25,099 bases of DNA from Myxococcota bacterium (GCA_041288095.1 JBGGMJ010000077.1:1-25099), one strand, 5' to 3'; shown: positions 9,824-19,273, counted from the first letter of the stretch. Notes: generated by a model not told the origin, from the letters alone. Translations and numbers: made by a program.

Positions 9824-11055
9824 AAGCTCCCCGTGAGCGTTAGCCGCACGATGTGCCGCGCATAACGGAAGTTGTCGGCGGTCGAGCCGTTGTGCGTGAA
9901 TGAGTAACCGACGGCGGCCCCGAAATGTTGCGCGAAGGCGTAGGAGAGATCGATCGAAGGCGAGAGCCGCGTGTCGCGGCGGCCGGTGGTCGAGTCGTAG
10001 TACCAGCGCCGCGTGAAGGCGAGGGCGGCCGTCAGCTCGAAGTCGCCGAATCGCCCCCGGCCGTAGGCGTTGGCTTCGAGGCCGCGCTGCCGTTGCTGCG
10101 CTCCTTGGGCCAGCTCACCGACGTACCCACCACGCGCGAGGTACGACCAGCGGCCGAAGCGGTCATCGCTGACGATGCCGCCGCCGTAGAGCTTGGCATC
10201 GCGGTCGAACACCACGTCCTCGAGGTTGCCGGCGGCATAATTGCGCACCCCGCCGCGGGCGTAGACACCCGGGCGCAGCGGCACACGGTCGAGCTGCGCA
10301 TCGAGGCGGGCCGCCGCCTCGGTCGTGAACACGTTGGACATCAAGCTGGTGGTGACGATGGCTCCAGAGACATCCGCGTTCAGCGCCACCGGGCCGACGG
10401 TGTCACCGAGGCTCGCGACGGCGGTCGCGATCCCGTAGTCGTAGTCTTCCAAGGCGTCGCGGTCGTCCAGATGTCTCGCGAGCTGCGCGACGATGCCAAC
10501 CTCGAGGATGTCGATCGGTTGCCAACCCAGAGTGGTGTCGAGCACCAAGCGTGTGCCGGCATCGCGCGCACCTTCGCTGTCCGGGAGCAACGTTACGTTG
10601 GTGTCCCGCTCGACGCCGAAGCGTGCATCGAGCGCGAGCCTTTTGCCGGTGTCCGCTTGAGCGAGCAACGCTCGCAGCTCCGCGTTTTCCTCGGCGTCGA
10701 AGCGGGCGGCATCCAGGGCGCGGGATGCGTCGCTCCCGCGGCCGGCGGCGATCAAGGCGTAGACCTTGAGTCGCCGACTGGCCTCGAATCGAAGGGGCAG
10801 GTCGATGAGCGGCTGCAAGTCTTCGGTGGCCGGATGCTCCCCTTCGAGTGCCAAGCGCGCGAGGTCGAAGGCGATGAGCTCGCTCGCCGGGTCCTCGCGC
10901 TGTGCCTGACGTAGGCGCATGAGGGCGGCGGCCTTGTCGCCGTCGTCCTCGTCGAGCAAAGCGCGTGCGTGCAGGACGGCCGCATTGGAGCTGCCATCGG
11001 CGGCCACCGAATGGGGCACGCAAACCAATATTGCCATGAAAACGGTGCGCTTGAT
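9820..11055 (-). CDS. Outer-membrane beta-barrel protein with N-terminal TPR-like helices (Slam/DUF560-like)
   Basis: Signal peptide (I/M)KRTVFMAILVCVPHSVAA and a helical N-domain. The barrel starts at FGVERDTNV, with alternating amphipathic strands to the C-terminal RHIVRLTLTGSL. The start is placed at ATC 11055 (GGAG 7 nt upstream) or ATG 11037. Confidence 0.7.
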   Translation of the reverse strand: MKRTVFMAILVCVPHSVAADGSSNAAVLHARALLDEDDGDKAAALMRLRQAQREDPASELIAFDLARLALEGEHPATEDLQPLIDLPLRFEASRRLKVYALIAAGRGSDASRALDAARFDAEENAELRALLAQADTGKRLALDARFGVERDTNVTLLPDSEGARDAGTRLVLDTTLGWQPIDILEVGIVAQLARHLDDRDALEDYDYGIATAVASLGDTVGPVALNADVSGAIVTTSLMSNVFTTEAAARLDAQLDRVPLRPGVYARGGVRNYAAGNLEDVVFDRDAKLYGGGIVSDDRFGRWSYLARGGYVGELAQGAQQRQRGLEANAYGRGRFGDFELTAALAFTRRWYYDSTTGRRDTRLSPSIDLSYAFAQHFGAAVGYSFTHNGSTADNFRYARHIVRLTLTGSL

Positions 11056-11084
11056 GGCGACGCTCCCGGGTTCTTCAACACATC

Positions 11085-11111
11085 GAACCGATAATTCGGT
11101 CAAAAGTTGCG
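11085..11111 (-). promoter_or_regulatory. ECF-type promoter for the barrel-FecR-ECF operon
   Basis: CGCAACTT-ttgaccgaattat-CGGTTC on the minus strand. The boxes and 13-nt spacing are identical to the divergent copy. Confidence 0.75.
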
Positions 11112-11126
11112 CGACGGCACCCGCAC

Positions 11127-11153
11127 CGCAACTTCTTGGCGCGACGGCGGTTC
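11127..11153 (+). promoter_or_regulatory. ECF-type promoter for the divergent lipoprotein gene
   Basis: CGCAACTT-cttggcgcgacgg-CGGTTC. An AAC-containing -35 is typical of ECF promoters. Confidence 0.75.
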
Positions 11154-11207
11154 AGGGAGGCAAACAGCGGTCTTCATCGTGTGGCCGCGGGGAAACAGGA
11201 GAGAGAC

Positions 11208-12278
11208 GTGAAGATCAAAGTTCTGAGCCTGGTATTGATGGGCACGCTGGCCGTGGCGCCTGCTTGCGGTGGTGACGGCGGCAGCGAGAGCCCCGAGGCC
11301 GCGGCGATGCCGAGCGCCGAGATGATGAGCCTCGCGCTCGAGAGCAGTGAAAACAGCGCCGCCCTCACCGAAGACCCGTCGATGACCGATGCCATCGCGC
11401 AAGAGTTGGTGAGCCAGCTCGACGATGCCATCGCCTTGTTGCACCCGCGTCTCGACGCGGTACGCGAAGGCGCGGAGCCGGTCCGTGATGGCGAGGGGTG
11501 CGCCGTGTGGACGAAGCGCCACGAGGGTGTGGCCTACGAGCTTCGGGTCTGCCGCCGTGACGGTCGCGCCGAGCATTACGCGTTCGTGCTGCGCGGCCGC
11601 CCCGCTGATTCGACCACCGACGAAGACTACGTCCGCTTGGTTGCGGGCCATGGCACGGCGCTGCCTCGCTTCGACGGCGGTCGTCGTGGCTTCGGCATCG
11701 TCGGCTACAACTTCACCGGTTGGAATCGCCTCCGCGGAAGCGGACCGGTCGGTGAGGTCGCCATCGGTTACCGCGTCGCCGGCCGCGCGCGCACGCTCAA
11801 CGCCGCTTACCGCGACTTCGCAAGCAGCGCCGAGCTCGAGACCCATTCGGCTCGCCTCGCGTATCACCACGTGGTCGGCGTCGGTGGCCGCATCGCCTTC
11901 GGTGTCGGCGCCGACCTCATCGCTCCCGGGGAGACCGAAGGCACCTACGTCATCGGTCAGGACGAGCTGAACGAGCGCGTGCGTCTGGCGATGGCCTGGG
12001 CCCGTGGTGTCGGCGCCCGCGTCGTCGGCAGCGCTTGCGGTGGCACCGTCGGCGATGGCTGCATCTCGGTCGCGCAGTGCTACAGCTTCGACACCGCCGT
12101 CACCTTCGAGGACGTGCGTAGCGGCAACACCCGTGCCTTCGAGGAGCGTGATTGCCCGCGCCTCGACATCGAGCTGCCGGCGATCCCCACCGAAGGCGAT
12201 GTCGCCGCGGGTGGCGACACCGACGCCGACGTGCCCGGCCCGGATGTCAACGAGCCGGTGCCGAGCATCGACGAGTAG
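11208..12278 (+). CDS. Hypothetical lipoprotein, beta-rich with Cys pairs and an acidic C-tail
   Basis: GTG 11208 follows an AGGAG RBS. MKIKVLSLVLMGTLAVAPAC is a lipobox-like signal, followed by GGDGG. Confidence 0.8.
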   Translation: MKIKVLSLVLMGTLAVAPACGGDGGSESPEAAAMPSAEMMSLALESSENSAALTEDPSMTDAIAQELVSQLDDAIALLHPRLDAVREGAEPVRDGEGCAVWTKRHEGVAYELRVCRRDGRAEHYAFVLRGRPADSTTDEDYVRLVAGHGTALPRFDGGRRGFGIVGYNFTGWNRLRGSGPVGEVAIGYRVAGRARTLNAAYRDFASSAELETHSARLAYHHVVGVGGRIAFGVGADLIAPGETEGTYVIGQDELNERVRLAMAWARGVGARVVGSACGGTVGDGCISVAQCYSFDTAVTFEDVRSGNTRAFEERDCPRLDIELPAIPTEGDVAAGGDTDADVPGPDVNEPVPSIDE

Positions 12279-12294
12279 TCAAAGAGAATGCGAG

Positions 12295-12669
12295 TTACGC
12301 GCCGGCGGCAACACGCGCCGGCGCGTGCTCGTCGAGTAAGCGCTCACCGGTCCTGACGGCGTTGATGAGAAAGATTTGTGCCTCGCCGAGCTCTCCAACT
12401 CGCCCCATCGAGGCGAACACACCGTGTTGGATGAGCGTCATCCCAGCTGAGATTCCCTGGTCGATGTCTTCGAGGCTTTGATGACCTGCGTCGAGCGTCT
12501 TGCGCAGGAGTCTCACGGCTGCGACGCGGTCGTCGGTTCGGTCCGGCGCGCCATGCGCCTCCAGGCGCTTCGCCAGGTAGAGAGAGGCCCTGGTGGAGTT
12601 GGTCGCGAGCTCGATCGTAAGAATCTGCGGTGCGTACGGGTTCTGCTCGGACAAACGCGGGGCATCCAT
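12295..12669 (-). CDS. Hypothetical protein (124 aa, helical)
   Basis: A perfect AGGAGG lies 6 nt before ATG 12669. The ORF fills the gap after grpE, and no motif was recognised. Confidence 0.6.
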   Translation of the reverse strand: MDAPRLSEQNPYAPQILTIELATNSTRASLYLAKRLEAHGAPDRTDDRVAAVRLLRKTLDAGHQSLEDIDQGISAGMTLIQHGVFASMGRVGELGEAQIFLINAVRTGERLLDEHAPARVAAGA

Positions 12670-12750
12670 CGTCGGCCTCCTGGTTACCCTCGGGTTATCG
12701 CCCACGCCGAGGAGAAGGCGCGCCCAACGAGCCTGTCGCCGCGTCAGATA

Positions 12751-13380
12751 CTACGCGTCGAACGCGGCATCCGCCGACGCGTCCGTTTGAGCGGACGCAA
12801 TCGCGACCTGCGCGGCGCGCAACAGACGGTCGTGAATCATGTAGCCGCGCTGCATCTCGGCGACGATGGTGCCGGGCGCGGCGCCCGGGGTCGAGATCTG
12901 ACTCAGCGCTTCGTGGCGCTCCGGATCGAACGGCTGACCGACGGAGTCGAAGGCCTTCACCCCGAACTGTCCCAAGATGTCGAGGAACTGCTTCGCCACC
13001 ATGCGTACGCCATCGACGACGGGGTCGCCGGCTTTCGCGTGTTGCAGGGCGCGCTCGAGGTTGTCGACGACCGGCAGGATGTCGCGGGCGAGGCGCTCCA
13101 TGCCCATCTTGCGGGCTTCGTCGACCTCGCGGTGCGAGCGCTTGCGTAGGTTCTCGAAGTCAGCGCCCAGACGGAGCATCTGATCGCGCATGGTCGCGAG
13201 CTCGGCGGTCTTCGTCTCGAGCGCGGCTCGTGTCTCGGCGAGCTCGGGATCGTCGACGGTGTCGGCCACCGTCGCTTCATCGTTCATCTCGGCGGTGGCA
13301 CGTTCACGGCCTTCCACTGACTCCAAGGCGTCTTGCATGGCGCGATCCAGATCGTTCGGGGCGTTGCGCTTGCTGCTCAT
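12751..13380 (-). CDS. grpE: Nucleotide exchange factor GrpE
   Basis: LRLGADFENLRKR, ILPVVDNLERAL, FDPERHEA and QRGYMIHDRLLRAAQV. TGATG overlap with hrcA. Confidence 0.97.
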   Translation of the reverse strand: MSSKRNAPNDLDRAMQDALESVEGRERATAEMNDEATVADTVDDPELAETRAALETKTAELATMRDQMLRLGADFENLRKRSHREVDEARKMGMERLARDILPVVDNLERALQHAKAGDPVVDGVRMVAKQFLDILGQFGVKAFDSVGQPFDPERHEALSQISTPGAAPGTIVAEMQRGYMIHDRLLRAAQVAIASAQTDASADAAFDA

Positions 13381-14465
13381 CAAATCCGTTCCCAGTACTT
13401 GCTCAAAAGCTGTGATGCATAGTCGACGAGCGCAACCAGGCGGCCGTAGTCCATGCGGCTAGGTCCCAGAATACTCACGGTCGCCTGCTCACCGGAAGGA
13501 CTAGCTATCGCGCGGCCGACGAACGAGACCTCGAGCATGTCGCTCATGTCGTGCTCCGAGGCGAGCACGACCTTGGTGCCGGCGTCTTCTCCGGCCGCTT
13601 TAGCGGCCATAGGCACCTCGATGAGCTTGTCGAGCAAGGTGAGTAGGGCGGTCTTGTCCTCGATGGCGTGGACGAGGCTGCGGAGCTTGGCGACGTCGGC
13701 GAACTCCGGCTGCTCGATGAGCTGAGCGGTGCCTTCGAGCACGAGCGACGGTGTCGGCTGCGGAATCGCTTGCTGGCCGATGGCGTAGGCGCGCTGCTTG
13801 ATGAGGTCGAGCTCGCTCTCCGCCTCGCCGAGCTCGCGAGCGATGAGCGCCCGCACCTCGTCGAGCGACCGGCCGGCCAGCCGCTCGTTCAAGAAGTTCT
13901 GGATGCGCATGAGCTCGTCGGGCGTCAGGTCGAAGTCGACCTCGACGAGCTTCTGTTGAATGAGCCCCGAGACCGACACGAAGAAGGCGATGAAACGACC
14001 CGGATTCACCCGGACCAGGCCGATCTCGCGAAAGCGGCCGCCCAGGAAGCTCGGCATGACGATCAACGCCACCTGGCCCGAGAGCCCGGCAAGGCTTTGA
14101 CCCAGAGCGGTCGGCAGGCTGGATGGCGCGGCTCCAGCGGCAACTTCGTCGAGGCGGGTGCGGTCCCAGGGCCGCAGCTTCGGGCTCATCAGGTCGTCGA
14201 GGTAGAGCCGCAGGCCTTTTTCGGTCGGAATGCGGCCGGCGCTGGTGTGGGGCTGGGCGAGGAAGCCACCCGCCTCGAGCTCGGCCATGACGTTCCGGAT
14301 GGTCGCGGGTGACCACGCCGCCGCGTGACGGTCACGGGCGTGCCTCGCCGTCGACAGCGCTTCGAGCTGCCGGGCGACCACCGCGGAGCTTACAGGCTGC
14401 GCATCATCGATGTAGGCCTCGATGACGACCCGCAGCACCGCGCGTTTGCGGACATCCAGCTCCAT
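13380..14465 (-). CDS. hrcA: Heat-inducible transcription repressor HrcA
   Basis: QPVSS, SPATIRNVMAELE, QPHTSAGRIPTEKGLRLY, QPEFAD and ILGPSRMDY. It lies upstream of grpE. Confidence 0.96.
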   Translation of the reverse strand: MELDVRKRAVLRVVIEAYIDDAQPVSSAVVARQLEALSTARHARDRHAAAWSPATIRNVMAELEAGGFLAQPHTSAGRIPTEKGLRLYLDDLMSPKLRPWDRTRLDEVAAGAAPSSLPTALGQSLAGLSGQVALIVMPSFLGGRFREIGLVRVNPGRFIAFFVSVSGLIQQKLVEVDFDLTPDELMRIQNFLNERLAGRSLDEVRALIARELGEAESELDLIKQRAYAIGQQAIPQPTPSLVLEGTAQLIEQPEFADVAKLRSLVHAIEDKTALLTLLDKLIEVPMAAKAAGEDAGTKVVLASEHDMSDMLEVSFVGRAIASPSGEQATVSILGPSRMDYGRLVALVDYASQLLSKYWERI

Positions 14466-14488
14466 GTGGGTACACGACTCCAAGGGGA

Positions 14489-14517
14489 GAATTAGGGAGG
14501 CGCTTACGATGTGTCAA
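14489..14517 (-). promoter_or_regulatory. Candidate sigma70 promoter of hrcA-grpE
   Basis: Perfect TTGACA (14512-14517) with a weak -10 (TAATTC) 17 nt downstream. No CIRCE is present. Confidence 0.45.
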
Positions 14518-14628
14518 GCAGCCTAACGCAGTGCGAAACAGAGATCGGACTTCATGCACGGCGTACGCTTGTTAGCTAGCCACATCGGCCATCACTGCTT
14601 TAATTAGACACTAGTAGGCGCGGCTGCC

Positions 14629-14668
14629 GGGATTTCACTTGGCCGCCGCGAAATCCCTCTGCTACCCT
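14629..14668 (+). promoter_or_regulatory. Candidate clpX promoter with an inverted repeat
   Basis: TTGGCC-N18-TACCCT with an extended -10 TG. GGGATTTC-N13-GAAATCCC brackets the -35. Confidence 0.35.
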
Positions 14669-14708
14669 CAACAGTTGTAGAGGGCCCCGGAAGTTCAAGG
14701 AGCTTGGC

Positions 14709-15962
<1,254 letters not shown>

Positions 15963-16027
15963 TTTCCGGCTCGTACGAGCAACCAACCCCGTACACCCCC
16001 GATACCAAGGGGCTGGCAGGGAGTTGC

Positions 16028-16318
16028 ATGTCCGTCACCGTAGGTCCCAAAGAGCCCCGTTTAGCCGCGACCCCTGCATCCCAGGGCTCCACCAGTCAGG
16101 CCGAGCCGCGGGCAGCCGACAGCGACAAGCTGACCCAAGAAGACAAGGTCTGCGCCCTCGGTGGCTTGATTGGCCTGCTTCTCCTCTCCGCGGGCGGCGT
16201 GAACGAAGGCGGCCAGATGATTCAGCAGTCCTGCACCGGTCGGCCGCCGGCGGGGCTCGAGCCCGCGCAAGGTGGCGTGCCGGTGCGTGGCGGGCGGCCG
16301 CGGGCTGACAAGCCTTAG
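16028..16318 (+). CDS. Hypothetical small protein (96 aa)
   Basis: AGGGAG precedes the ATG. One hydrophobic segment is flanked by two Cys, and no family was recognised. Confidence 0.45.
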   Translation: MSVTVGPKEPRLAATPASQGSTSQAEPRAADSDKLTQEDKVCALGGLIGLLLLSAGGVNEGGQMIQQSCTGRPPAGLEPAQGGVPVRGGRPRADKP

Positions 16319-16477
16319 GCGTCGGCTGCGGTTGTGACCTGAGCCACTCGAACGGGTGACCGCGTGCGTCCGCTCGAGCGGTCCAATCGGGGCACCGACG
16401 GCCGCGCGTCGCCGAAACATGGCACCTCCCTTCACCACGAGAGTGTCATGAAAACCAAAGCCATTGGTTGCGGGCCC

Positions 16478-16747
16478 ATGTCTGTCGTCAGCAGCGAGAC
16501 GGAGAAGAAGCCGTCGTCGTACAAGCAAGCGCGCTGCAAAGCGGCGGCCGTCCTTTATCGGGTCTACGGCGGCACCGAGGCTGCCAAAGCGGCCTTCGCG
16601 ACCGCGGTCGCGCTGCTGAACCAAGCGGGCGACAAGAAGATGCTCGTGATCGTCCGCGGCATGTTGAAGGACGTCGCGAAGCTACCGGACGACGCGGCGA
16701 TCGATTTCTGCCGTGCCGGCGCGGACATGCTGCGCTCCTGCGAGTAG
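16478..16747 (+). CDS. Hypothetical small helical protein
   Basis: Protein-like composition and GC3-biased codons. The start is uncertain (ATG 16448 or 16478). Confidence 0.5.
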   Translation: MSVVSSETEKKPSSYKQARCKAAAVLYRVYGGTEAAKAAFATAVALLNQAGDKKMLVIVRGMLKDVAKLPDDAAIDFCRAGADMLRSCE

Positions 16748-16800
16748 TTACACGCGCGAGAGTTTGCAAGATCGGGCAAAACAGCGCTTAATCGCTGGCT

Positions 16801-18222
16801 ATGCCCGCTGTGGCCGCCGTTGACGTTGGTTCTTCCGCGATCCGGCTATCGGTCGCGGTGGTGAGCCCTACGGGCGCCTTGGCCGGCAGCGACTTCCATC
16901 GCTACGGGCTGCGGCTCGGCAGCGACGTGTTCAGCCAGGGTGTTATAGCGGACCAAACGTCTCGGCAGCTCCTCGACGTCTTCGGTGACATCGCCGGCAA
17001 GCTCCGCGAGCACGATGTCTCGAGCTATCGCGCGGTCGCCACCAGCGCCATGCGCGACGCCGGCAATGGGCGCGACATCGCGCGCGTCATTCGCGAGTCC
17101 ACCGGTGTGCGGCTCGAGATCATCAGTGGCCGTGAAGAAGCGCGGCTCGCCCGCCAGGCGCTGACTCGCTCGCTCGGGTCGTCGGCCAACGGCGCCTTGC
17201 TCGTCGACATCGGCGGCGGCAGCCTCGAGATCGAAACCTCGCGGCGCGGCTCGCGCTCCTTGCCGTTCGGGACCGTACGCCTGGTCGAGCGCTACCCGGA
17301 GCTTCGCGGGCCGATGCGCTTGAAGGCCCTGCGCGAGGTGGAGCGGGCCATCGCCAACGACATGGCCCGCCGGGTGAAGCGACGCCGGCACGCCGTCGCC
17401 ATCGCCACGGGCGGCAATCTCGACGTGCTGGCGCGCTGCGCGCCGTTCACCGGCGGCTTCTGGCCGGCCATCGACTTGTCGCGTCTGCAGCAGCTCACCG
17501 AGGGCTTGGCGACGCTGACCGTGGACGAGCGCCGCGAGACCATGGAGCTGCGAGCCGATCGTGCCGACGTCATCGTCCCCGCCGCCTTGGTGCTGCTCGC
17601 ACTGAAACGAGTCTTCGGCCTGCAGGTCGTGGTGGTCCCCGGCACCGGGCTGCGTGAGTCGATCTTGCACGATCTCGTCGCCACCGAGTCGGTGCGCGCG
17701 TCCGCCAAAGCGGTCGGCAAGCGCTTCGGTATCGATCTCAAGAAGGCTGCCCATCGCGCGAGCTTGGCGCGTGGCCTGTTCGAGGCGTTGCTGCCGGTGC
17801 ATCGCTTGTGGGCACCGGCGCTGCGCATCCTCGAGACCGCGGCCTACCTCTACGATCTCGGCGGCCTCGTCGACTCGGAGGACGCTGCCCGCCACGCCGC
17901 CTATCTCGTCCGCCACGCCACCGGCTTGGCGCTCGATACGCGCTGCCGCGACGTCGTTGGCTACGCTTTAGCGGTCGCTTCCGACGCCCCGCTCTTCGAA
18001 TCGACCGCCGACCTACGCCACGACGACTTGTCGTCCGGCCGCATCCTCGGCGGCATCCTCGCGCTCGCGCATTGCCTCGCGGATGCGACCACGCGACGTC
18101 AGGTGCGCGTCGATCTGCTGCGCTCGCCGCTCGTCGTCGACGTCGGCCTCGATCAGCCTATCGACCCGCGGAAAGTGTTGCTCCTGGAGCGCGTCCTCGG
18201 TCAGCGGGTGACTGTCCTCTGA
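16801..18222 (+). CDS. Ppx/GppA family phosphatase (exopolyphosphatase-like)
   Basis: VDVGSSAIRL, ATSAMRDA, IISGREEARL, DIGGGSLE, RADVIVPA and GLRE. The C-terminal HD-like domain is degenerate (LYDLG). Confidence 0.9.
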   Translation: MPAVAAVDVGSSAIRLSVAVVSPTGALAGSDFHRYGLRLGSDVFSQGVIADQTSRQLLDVFGDIAGKLREHDVSSYRAVATSAMRDAGNGRDIARVIRESTGVRLEIISGREEARLARQALTRSLGSSANGALLVDIGGGSLEIETSRRGSRSLPFGTVRLVERYPELRGPMRLKALREVERAIANDMARRVKRRRHAVAIATGGNLDVLARCAPFTGGFWPAIDLSRLQQLTEGLATLTVDERRETMELRADRADVIVPAALVLLALKRVFGLQVVVVPGTGLRESILHDLVATESVRASAKAVGKRFGIDLKKAAHRASLARGLFEALLPVHRLWAPALRILETAAYLYDLGGLVDSEDAARHAAYLVRHATGLALDTRCRDVVGYALAVASDAPLFESTADLRHDDLSSGRILGGILALAHCLADATTRRQVRVDLLRSPLVVDVGLDQPIDPRKVLLLERVLGQRVTVL

Positions 18223-19273
18223 GCCGGCGCCCAATGTGCCGGCAAAGGGACAGGCAGCTCGCGGGCAACATGGCCAAGTCCACTACGGCGCGCACCGGCG
18301 CCCAGCGCAGCCGCGCCAGGAGCTCGCGCTTCGATAACTTCGAGGAGCCGCGCGCGTAAGCGACGTCGAAAGGCTCACGGTGTTTGGCGTAGATCGCCAT
18401 GCTGTGGACCAGGCGCTCCCAGTGCTCGAAGAGCGTCGGATCGCGGTGGCTCGGCTCGACGTACGTGAAGTAACGCATGACCGCGCCGCGACCAGGGTGG
18501 TGCAGGTGCGACAGGCACAGGCCGGGCGCGAGTCCCGAGAAGTGGGGCACCGGGTCTTCCGTATTGATGTAGTGCACGTAGCGCGGCCCATCGATGAAGC
18601 GGCACCCGGCGGCGCCGTGGGTCTCGATGCGGAAGCTCGCCAGGCCCTTTTCGACGACGTGAGGTGGGAATCGACCCGCTACGCTATTACTGGCAAGGCG
18701 CAAGGCTTCGGCGGTGACCGCGGCGCCCTGACTGTGCGCAATGACGTGCAAGGCGTGGCCGCGCACCATGGCACGCTCGAAGGTGCGCGCGAGCTGCACG
18801 ACCGCCGGGTTCTGTCGGGCCCGCAGATGATCGTTGTAGCCGCGGATCACGTCACGGCCACCACCGCGCGAGCCGTTGTAGATGCCGTGAACGACGCAAC
18901 CATCGGCCGATTCGGCGACCGCTCGCATGTTCTCCATGAAGGGCGCGGGGCGGGTGCGCATGCCGTTCACGAAGATGACCTGTTCGGCGCCTTCGCGCAG
19001 GGCGGGGTGGACCGGCTTGCAGAGCGCCAAGAGACCAGTGTCACCGCCCTGGCCGTTGGTGCCGACCAGGCAGCCGTCGTCGAGGCCGAAGGCGCGGTCG
19101 CGCCGCAATTCCACCGGGATGTGGGGACCATAGCTGTCGGGGCGCGGGGCGCCGCGGCGCATCTTGGCGCGGGCTTCAGCGACCATGGCCGCGGGGTCGG
19201 GCAGACGACGGTAACCCAGCGCCACCCATCGGGGCGCGGTCCCACTTTTGTTCGTGCGACCTACATCCGTCAT
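18158..19273 (-). CDS. Putative alpha/beta-fold serine hydrolase
   Basis: IFVNGM, nucleophile elbow IAHSQGA, ETHGAA, DPVP and a late His (VHSM). The start is trimmed to ATG 19273 (alternative 19186) because the longer ORF overlaps prkA. Confidence 0.65.
   Translation of the reverse strand: MTDVGRTNKSGTAPRWVALGYRRLPDPAAMVAEARAKMRRGAPRPDSYGPHIPVELRRDRAFGLDDGCLVGTNGQGGDTGLLALCKPVHPALREGAEQVIFVNGMRTRPAPFMENMRAVAESADGCVVHGIYNGSRGGGRDVIRGYNDHLRARQNPAVVQLARTFERAMVRGHALHVIAHSQGAAVTAEALRLASNSVAGRFPPHVVEKGLASFRIETHGAAGCRFIDGPRYVHYINTEDPVPHFSGLAPGLCLSHLHHPGRGAVMRYFTYVEPSHRDPTLFEHWERLVHSMAIYAKHREPFDVAYARGSSKLSKRELLARLRWAPVRAVVDLAMLPASCLSLCRHIGRRLRGQSPADRGRAPGATLSAGR

Noticed and set aside
9820-11055. 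TonB-dependent receptor, as in a classic FecIRA system
   Set aside because: The protein is only ~410 aa with no plug, TonB box or STN domain visible, and its N-terminus is helical.
11056-11207. ORF-track starts at 11103 (minus) and 11136 (plus)
   Set aside because: Both fall inside the twin promoter spacers. Downstream starts have SDs and proper signal peptides.
14603-14618. TTAGACACTAG as a CIRCE half-site
   Set aside because: It is a poor match to TTAGCACTC and has no complementary arm 9 nt away.
16420-16434. Sigma54 promoter TGGCAC-N5-TTCA before ORF 16478
   Set aside because: The -12 GC is missing and no IHF or activator site was found, so it is too weak to call.
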